Source: Thermoplasmatota archaeon
GTDB taxonomy: Archaea > Thermoplasmatota > Penumbrarchaeia > Penumbrarchaeales > EX4484-36
DNA: 64,000 bases
Assembly (NCBI GenBank): GCA_029932465.1
Contig: JAOZQA010000004.1
Coordinates: forward strand, 7,980 to 71,979
Direction of reading: 5' to 3'
Positions within the stretch are counted from its first letter, which is position 1. Each line of letters starts with the position of its first letter. Both the position numbers and the translations under genes were made by a program. The notes below the pieces were generated by a model. That model searched no databases, had not been told where the DNA came from, and was given only the letters and a program-made list of their open reading frames with translations. Shown here in pieces: positions 20,201-27,400 of the stretch.

Positions 20201-23200
20201 CTTGGATGGCTGTAGGAGGTGTTGGTATCCTCGCTCACCCCATAGGAGAGGTCCTCGTCCCAAGAGGATATTACATCGGTGTACGTCTCCATCTGTGGAT
20301 CGTAGAAGTCCAGGGGTGATTCCCCGTTGACCCTCGCCACTACGGATTCGTGGCGGAAATTGGCAGTGCCGTTCTCCATGTCATCGTAGAAGAAGTAGAT
20401 GTTGACGCTCTTTGACGGAGCGTTGTTTATGTAATCAAAAATCTCGTCGTAATTGTTGTAGAAGTCTATGAATACCCTCACCTGTCTTATCCCGGCGAAA
20501 AGAGGGGTCCATATGGCTTCTACGGTGACCTCGTCACCAGGCTCTAAGAACACCGTTGTGCTGTGTATGAGCTTTCTGCCGTCCATAAACCTGACAGTAC
20601 CCCCGCCGGGGACCCCTCCGTAGTTTCCTACGGTTAGAGATAGCACATAACTACCTCCCACTACCGGATGGGGATCGTCTATTGAGATGTCTATGTTCCT
20701 ACCGTAGAGTTCCGGCTGATAGATGACCACCCCAAACCAGTGGAGGAGGAAATAGAAGGCCTCGGTGCTTCTGTGTTCAAGGTATGGAAAGATGCCGGAG
20801 GGAAGAGAGAAGGAGAGATATGCCGTGTGGAAATAAGAAGGACCGGTATTCTCAAGATAGATCGCTACTGGGTCCTCGCCGTCAAGTGTGTCTGTATAGT
20901 AGAGGTAACCCGCTTCGTCTTCCTGAGGTGTGCCGTCTACACTGCCGGAGTCGTCAGGTCTCTTAATAAGTTCAAGTCCTGTTACGGTGGATGTGGGTAT
21001 GACTATCCCATGGGTCTTTACGTCATCTCCTGTGGTGCCGTACAGGGCTGTTCCTGCGTTCTCATTGCCGTAGCCAGCAAGGCCTATGTAATTGTAGAGG
21101 AACTCCCAGTTCACATCTCCATTCTGGTACATTGGATTGGGAGCGATCTCCGGAAGGATGTAATGTCCCACAAGCAGGAAGGCCTCGGAGTAGTTCCCCA
21201 TGTACTCAGACTCACGGTAATCTCCTTTGAGGTATCTCTCGATCTCTATCCTGTCCTCCGCGGTTATGGTCTCAATACCTGAGTAGCCACCACCACCGCT
21301 CTCCCCGCAATTCCAGATGACCATGTTGTATCTTTTCATCGTCTCAACGTCTGGTCCCGTCCCGATCTGGACGTTCTCCCCGTCGAAGACGTTCACAACC
21401 CTATACACCTCATATTGAAGGCCTAGGAGCTCAAGGAAGTGAACAATAGCCCCTGTTGTGTCCTCAAGCATGCCCCACTCAGGGGGCTCCGTGGCACCTC
21501 CGTCGAACCTCCAGTTGTTGGGGTTGTCCTCCTCATAGCCGTTCTCATCCCCATTGGGCCCATAGGTATCATTCCATGAGCCGTCGTCGTCTACGACGAG
21601 GATATTGTTCTGGGCCACCAGGGAGGTGACGGTGGAAGTGGAGTAGGAGATGTCGTTGTTTTCCTCGTTGATTTCCTGTATGATGTGATATGGGTCCACA
21701 ACAGCCCTGAAGGTGTGAAGTCCCACGCTGGTGGCCTTCCACTTTTTGGTAACTACTGTCTCCCCACCCCCTCCAGGAAGGTTCAGAATGTCTCTTGGGT
21801 TGTCCTCAGTAGGGTCCGGGAAATTGGGAGTGATTCTTCTCTCTATACCATCTGGGCCCGTAACGTAGAATTCCACAGAGGTGGAGAGTGTATCGGGCCC
21901 GTTGTTTCTCACGGTGACCCGCACCTCCACGGTGTCCATGAACTTTGGAGGATAGGAACCCTCAACGACCACAAGTTCCATCTTTGATATGGCCAGATCG
22001 TTCCCTATTCTCAGCTCCCAGCGGAACCACTTCATTATTCTCGCCGCCATACTGATTTTCTCGTTCAGATATCTCACGTGGGAGGGGCTCACCGGGAGGT
22101 AGACGGAGCGATAGGCGACCGTTTCACCGCCGGGTGTGGTCTCTTCGTGGGAGTGGTATATGCCATAGGGTTCTTTGACGGGAGCGTTGTAGTCCTGTAC
22201 ATACAGCATCCCCACGGGATCTGACGTGTCAGAGCCGTACTCCAGAGGATAAGTCCATTCGGCGTAGTCGTCGGCTCCTGCAGCGCTGTCATCCATCAGC
22301 ACCGAATAGGAGTCATTCCCTTCCCAGCCTGTTATGGGATTTGAGGGAGTCTCCCCGTAGATAACCCCGGGGAGGTCTTTGTCCACGGCGAAGCGCTTCA
22401 CACCCAGGTAGTTCCTTACGAATATCATAGCGTCCTCCCTTTCGGTGTTATACTTTACAAAAGAGGTAGTGTCTGGCAGAACGTAGTATCCGTTTTCGTC
22501 GGGGGAGATGCTCATGTAATCCTCGTTTAAGCCCTTCAGGACGTTCTCACCCACGATCCAGAGGTATCCTCCGTTGTCCAGGAACTTCATCATTTCCTCC
22601 ACATTCCCACCATATGTAGCGTCAGCGTTGCATGTTAGCGGATTCTCCTCTTTTCCGGTAACCCATATGACAATATCGTAATCCTTCATCTGGGGTGCTC
22701 CCACAGTGGGCGGGTCTACGTATTCGTAGGCGGGAACATCCCTCAGAACCCCTGCATCTGTCATAGCCTGAGCTATGAAGAGCCGGTCCACCTGGACCCC
22801 CGCACCAGTCAAGGATTCTACAACATGGCTGGTGACGTCGTTTTCACTACCGGTCTCCGCCCCGTCATCGTCAACAAGGAGTATGCGGGGTATGATCTGA
22901 AGCGTAAGGGAAGCGTAGTTGTCGGTGGGGTCGTCTCCCTCAAGGGCCCCCTCCTCCTCGCTGGAGAAGACGATTCTCTGAGGCGGAAGGGACTCTCCCC
23001 TCAGGTCATAAGGCAGAACTGTGTAATCCCCGGGGTTAGCGTCCACCGCCATATAGATGGTCAGAATCTTGTCAGGGTTTGCACTTCTAGCGGTGAAAGT
23101 CAGGGATATGGAGACCTGACCTGCCACGGGAATTATGAGGTGCCTTATTTTGCATGTGGGGAAGGTGTAATCGTTCCCGTCCAGATCCTGGCCGTAGAGC

Positions 23201-24435
23201 TCAGCCCACTTCACCTCCTTCCATATTTCATCCCTGTCCGTATTCCCGGGCATGAAATCTGGTGGAGGCGGCCCGGGGTTGAAGTTCTCATAATCCTCCT
23301 TATAATCATCATCCTCCGGGTCGGGGATGTCGTCTATCCAGTTGAAGATCTCACCACCCTCCGTGGTTATGGGCTCCGTGCTAACTACCAGCATCACGTC
23401 ATCGTCATACCCTATGGGTTGATCCCCGAGGTTTTTCACAAATAGAGTGACGGTGACCTCGTCTCCTGTCTTGGGGTAGGTCTTGGAGAGCTGGACATCC
23501 TTGGAGGAGACTACAGGGTTGGGGCCGGATGGCCTCGTTGGAACTATGCTTATTGAAACGTCGAGATTCCTGTAACGGTAGTTGTTGGAGGTTGATATCT
23601 CCCCGGATGTTAAAGGAGTGATCCTGCAGTGCATTTTGTGGATACCTAAGGGGTAGGGCACGGTCCAGCTTGGATAAATGTAGTTGATGGTTTCACCGTA
23701 GGTGAGCTCCCCCGGGGTTGGGTCATCCTCTGGGGTTTGCAGCACACCGTCTCCGACATAGCTCTCCCGGTCGTAGAACTGGACGGTTATGTTATCATGG
23801 GGTACGGGGGCCGTGCCCAGGTTGGTGACAGTAGCCACGAGGTCTAATGGTTCACCCACAAGGACCTCATCGGACCTCTGACCGTATCGCAGGAAGTAGA
23901 ACTCCTCCACGGCGAGGTCAGGAAGGGAGGTGGAGGGAGGCGCCTCCAGGGACTCTGAGAAGACCACAGTTTTCTCCCCGTTAGCCTTCTGGTAGACCAC
24001 CTTCACCTCCAAGGGGAAGGTGGGTGTGGGGGATATGATCTTGCTCCAGGTCTCCCCGGGGCTCCAGAGGTCGTTATCGTCCCAGGAGCCAATACCTGTG
24101 GTGGAATAGTCACAGTCAGAGGCGGAGAAGGGCGACCCAGGGACATCCGCCCCGCTGCCGTCCTTCACAATAATCGTTGTGCGTGAGAGGAGAAGAGAGT
24201 CCCCCGCATTGTTCTCTACAAAAAGGACGAACTGGCCAGAGGGGTCCGTGGTGTAGCCGGAGGAGAGGCTCACGTAGACGCTCTCAACCTCTTTCACGTT
24301 ACCCGCCATGAAGAGGGCAACGGAGGATACAAGCACCACCGCTATGCCGACAAGAAGTACGGTTCCTATGGTCTCAGAAACACCCCGCGTCTTATTTGAT
24401 CTTCTCATACCATTCGCCTCCTTATGAAGCTCCAC
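17236..24435 (-). CDS. Giant (2399 aa) secreted protein with a class III signal peptide, CARDB-like domains, two GATase1-like domains, a vWA domain, an FN3-like domain and three C-terminal lectin/MAM-like jelly-roll domains
   Basis: N-terminus RRSNKTRG|VSETIGTVLLVGIAVVLVSSVALFMAG. Two repeats bear the motif (R/N)ILLVDDDG...YD(I/M)VIW. vWA MIDAS sequence DIVMVLDTSGSM ... LVFTDGEANRD at nt 20156..20121. C-terminal repeats carry W(W/Y)IDD(L/I)(E/R)I motifs. Paralogous to 24422..30328. Confidence 0.85.
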   Translation of the reverse strand: MELHKEANGMRRSNKTRGVSETIGTVLLVGIAVVLVSSVALFMAGNVKEVESVYVSLSSGYTTDPSGQFVLFVENNAGDSLLLSRTTIIVKDGSGADVPGSPFSASDCDYSTTGIGSWDDNDLWSPGETWSKIISPTPTFPLEVKVVYQKANGEKTVVFSESLEAPPSTSLPDLAVEEFYFLRYGQRSDEVLVGEPLDLVATVTNLGTAPVPHDNITVQFYDRESYVGDGVLQTPEDDPTPGELTYGETINYIYPSWTVPYPLGIHKMHCRITPLTSGEISTSNNYRYRNLDVSISIVPTRPSGPNPVVSSKDVQLSKTYPKTGDEVTVTLFVKNLGDQPIGYDDDVMLVVSTEPITTEGGEIFNWIDDIPDPEDDDYKEDYENFNPGPPPPDFMPGNTDRDEIWKEVKWAELYGQDLDGNDYTFPTCKIRHLIIPVAGQVSISLTFTARSANPDKILTIYMAVDANPGDYTVLPYDLRGESLPPQRIVFSSEEEGALEGDDPTDNYASLTLQIIPRILLVDDDGAETGSENDVTSHVVESLTGAGVQVDRLFIAQAMTDAGVLRDVPAYEYVDPPTVGAPQMKDYDIVIWVTGKEENPLTCNADATYGGNVEEMMKFLDNGGYLWIVGENVLKGLNEDYMSISPDENGYYVLPDTTSFVKYNTEREDAMIFVRNYLGVKRFAVDKDLPGVIYGETPSNPITGWEGNDSYSVLMDDSAAGADDYAEWTYPLEYGSDTSDPVGMLYVQDYNAPVKEPYGIYHSHEETTPGGETVAYRSVYLPVSPSHVRYLNEKISMAARIMKWFRWELRIGNDLAISKMELVVVEGSYPPKFMDTVEVRVTVRNNGPDTLSTSVEFYVTGPDGIERRITPNFPDPTEDNPRDILNLPGGGGETVVTKKWKATSVGLHTFRAVVDPYHIIQEINEENNDISYSTSTVTSLVAQNNILVVDDDGSWNDTYGPNGDENGYEEDNPNNWRFDGGATEPPEWGMLEDTTGAIVHFLELLGLQYEVYRVVNVFDGENVQIGTGPDVETMKRYNMVIWNCGESGGGGYSGIETITAEDRIEIERYLKGDYRESEYMGNYSEAFLLVGHYILPEIAPNPMYQNGDVNWEFLYNYIGLAGYGNENAGTALYGTTGDDVKTHGIVIPTSTVTGLELIKRPDDSGSVDGTPQEDEAGYLYYTDTLDGEDPVAIYLENTGPSYFHTAYLSFSLPSGIFPYLEHRSTEAFYFLLHWFGVVIYQPELYGRNIDISIDDPHPVVGGSYVLSLTVGNYGGVPGGGTVRFMDGRKLIHSTTVFLEPGDEVTVEAIWTPLFAGIRQVRVFIDFYNNYDEIFDYINNAPSKSVNIYFFYDDMENGTANFRHESVVARVNGESPLDFYDPQMETYTDVISSWDEDLSYGVSEDTNTSYSHPRSFRLYEPPGGTSRNPLDIVMVLDTSGSMDWEVGGVRKIDRLKEAAKVFISYLTPYDRVAIYTFTNEGPNSPNLFVDWTFCTSENKASLNDTIDGLWANGWTPLYDTVGAAASKLYPAPSGRIPYMLVFTDGEANRDFEYGPGRYDYEDPSNSLGQWMNTYYENYYYSSSAGTSAGDRQGLLMAPFTIYTVGLLSSGYHDPDYPEEEDSDTPPWNTYWQTNDVLTERSYHRVEYDLWALAHSSNGGGENNGKYYYVYDPSHLSDVFGEIAEEIVSGGEVTRGGSSPFKEDTRGDTRQTETIFSDDVEGGNIGWTIQGQPSSEWEIGDERSHSSSHSWCTRDGKNYRNMVNVRLVSPQISLLQYTSVTLTFWAWYDIESRWDGGIVEISTDGSTWHKLVPDGGYPNTIRSDSSVYNTLCYENGDGAFSSTSSWARTWRQYTVNIPSDYEGVNIYIAFHFASDESVKERGWYIDDIRITGERIAPGEEAPTPPVDPYPPNGELDVPTTLTLSWSGGDDPGGNNENIRYDVYLGLSQDSLTLIASGLTEKYYSLPYTLNENTEYFWKVVARNIVNGRSTEGGLWAFMTGGGGSGGGSFERNEDKYFTVGPFSISGSTSAYLTFWHKYNILPGKNGGVVMLGFRGVDTDGDGPDNTSDIDWLYVTPLTSYSGNLLLTDSEGQPVIWRDDFGRRILWCWNGKSSTGTFDWEFAKVDLLPYVPESSRDEVYVRLYYKQYGQGTGFGWWIDDLEIRVSRSDSLPANASATDKWELYEAVGEEIGKLSRSGTHAWWNHNGEGGDDYLKSGIDNSLITRPIDLTNARWARLSFYTRFNINSLSGAPPDCVRVEVSADNGLTWTAITLGVRWGWGVSGSEYNESGKSMTGIDSGNGWVEASTLSRLSVDLTPWRGFVVLLRFRVVTTNEDGYNHYEDPTSDIKGVLIDDVVVYGVSLLTGVEGSTRDAGTEQCCGDTVYLEWWERMMQTYGDPQGVEL

Positions 24436-27400
24436 TTATTACAATATCATCCAGATAGACCCCTTTGAAGAGATCGGGGTCCTCATAATGGTCATATGGC
24501 TTGGGACCCACAAGGGGATAGCCGTTGGTCACCACCCTGAACCTTATATGGACGGTCTTTCCCCTATATGCGGTAAGGTCCCCCTGGAATCGGGTCAGCG
24601 TCTCTGAACTGACCCAATAATTGGCCTCCTCCGCAGTAAGGCCATCATCAGGGATTCCGGTATAGGACTTGCCATCGGCTATACCGTCGGAGAGGTCCCC
24701 CTCCGTTCCCGTTACACCCCATCCAATTCTCACACCATTGTGGAGGGTTCTGAAGCTCTTCCAGTTGTCTGTTGAGATCTCGACCCTCAGGCAGTCGGGC
24801 GGGAACCCAGAGTTGGAGTTTATGTTAAACCGTACGTAGAAGGTGAGACGAGCCCATTTAGCGCTCGTTAAGTCCACTGGCCTTAAATATAAAGCTGCAT
24901 CCGCCCCCGGTTTGAGCCCATAGGTGGGATCCACGAAGGACCAGAAGTGCGAACCGGAGTGAGCTATCACCTCATCCTCGGCCAGATACCACTGATCGGC
25001 TATGGCAGAGGTGGGGGGCTGTGTATCGGATCTGCTGATCCTCACCTCAACATCATCTATAAACCACCCCTCACCCACCCCCCACGTGACAGCCAGGTAG
25101 AGGAACATTATCTTAACATGGCTCCTGCCCCTGAATGGGGTGAGGTCAACGGTCACCCTCTCCCAGTCGTACCTTCCACCTGCGGATACACCGTTGTAGA
25201 CCCATCGCATCTCTCTTCCATAGTCATCGTATCTGTAAGACTCGAGATCCAGGTTTCCACTGTACTGCCCCTGAGGAATGACATATCTATAGCGCCATTC
25301 CGTCCCGTCGTCGGAGGTGCCCACCAGAACTACCCCACCGTTACTGCCCACATCCATCTGATATTTCTGGAAATAAACCAATCTAGCGCTGTTAGCCCCG
25401 AGAAGGGAGAACTCCTCTGTGATGATGTATCTATCCCCGGGCTCCACGCAGGCTGGAGCCCTTGTTCCTCCCCTGCTGTACTGTTCACTATCTGTGGGAG
25501 TCCCAGCGCCGGAGGATCTGGTCAATGTCTGAAGTTTCTTCAGCTCATACGCCACTGTATTGAAGACGCTGAGGAGGGAGTTCTCGTCGGGAGAATAGAA
25601 GTACTTGCCGCCCTGGGAGGTGGTAGCCATCCTCCACAGGTTGTACTCGACGGTTCCCGATTCCACCCCTCCAGTGTAATAGGCGTAGGTATTGATGCTC
25701 TTCTCGGCAGGCTTTGTAGATGTAGATGGGGAGTTGGGTGGGGAGTGATGCTCCAGATTGAGTCCAATGGTAAACACAGGAAGGGGTGCGTTCAGAAGAC
25801 CGTTTCTTGTTGTCGGCGAGGGGAAGGTAACGGTGTACCAGAAGCCATAGGATGAAGCGTCTCCTCCGTACTTCCCGAAATGGCTGGTGTAAGTCACCAC
25901 CTGGCCAAAGCTATGCCAGGGGCACCATCGTTTGCTACCCCTCTCCAGTGTGTTCAGATCGTTGTTATCGTCGGGTTCGGGGGGCTCGCTGTCGTCCCCC
26001 AGACGGTCCACCCCGTCGGAGAGGATAACCACCGCGGGCACGTGTCCGGCGGCGTGGCCGTAATAGGCATAGGAGATCCCCGCCCCCGACATATCCCAGA
26101 TCTGGGTTACCGCTTTAGGGGTCATGGAATCTATCTGGGAGTTTATGTAGGCCCTGCCACTTTCAGTGAGCTGTGTGAAGGAGACATTGTGGACATTCCC
26201 AGACCCTGCATACCACATGAGTGCAACCCTATCCTGGTCGGATAGCTGGGCTACCAGGGCCTTGGCAGCCACCTTGAGCTTTGCTATTGGGTCTCCTGAC
26301 ATTGAAGAGGAGGTGTCCATGCATATTACTACGTCAAGCGGGGGTGGCGGTTCCTGACCTGACCAGAACGAGAAGGAGGCGGAGTGTGAATAGCGGCTAG
26401 TGCTGTTAAAGCCGCTAGCCTCCGACCAATCCTTCACTATGTTGGTATATTGCTCCTGCGTCTCATCCAGGAACTCAAGTGCGTTCTCCCCGTTTATCCT
26501 GACTATTGTGGCTTCGTGCTCCCAACTGCTGGCATCGGTATCCTCCAGATCATCGAAGAAGAAATAGACGGGAACATTGATGAAGGGATTGTTATTCCCC
26601 TCGAAGACTTCCTCTACATCCTGGTAGTAGTCCGCCTTCACCATGATCACCCTCTGGCCAGCGAGGGTGGGAATCCAGGTGGTCTCAACGGTGGCCACTC
26701 CCCCGGGAGGAATGTATATTGTGTCTGTTTTAAGTATGAGGTCCCCGTCGTATAGTCTCACAACGAAGGAGCCACCGGCTCCGCCCAGATTGGCTACCAA
26801 CGTTTTAATAAGAAAAACATCCCCCAGCTGGTGGACAGTCCCCGACACATTGATGTCCACAGCCCTCGATACTATTTCAGGACTCTCCACAGTGAGGTTG
26901 AGGTCTCTGAAGAGCCCAAATAGCATCTCCACAATGCCGTCAGAGTTTGCTGTTCCTATCTGGAGAGGTATGCTTATCAGCTCGGCTAGGTAGCCCTGGT
27001 CTTCGGAGCTGTGAAGAATCCCTAAGGGGGTCTGCCCCGCCTCCCCTACCCCATAGAGGGTAGTGCTAACGCTCTCTTCCCCAAAAAGCGGATTCTCTGC
27101 TCTCTCCTCCACACCTTCCCCGTAGACCTCACGCAAAAATGTCCCCTCAAGTCCATGGAAGGGGAGTAGGTAGCTATCATCCGACGTTCCCGTGATGGTT
27201 GTGTAACCCGTCCTACCTGTGAACGTACCGACCCCCATGTGCCTATACAGGAAGGGGTCTGAGACCGACCCGGGGGCCCCCAAAATATCAGTGAAGAGAC
27301 ACCCGGAGATCACCACCAGTCTGGGAGTTACATTGGTAAGGTAGACGCTTTCCTCATAAGATTTCGTGAGGTACTGGATCAGGTAGTCTCTGTCGTCTGC

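Noticed and set aside
20740-25855. Several 180-300-aa ORFs (for example 20740..21282, 22825..23445, 24947..25855) on the plus strand inside the giant minus-strand genes.
   Set aside because: They are antisense shadows of long, well-supported coding regions. They have no recognisable motifs, and their composition is the mirror of the sense-strand codon bias.
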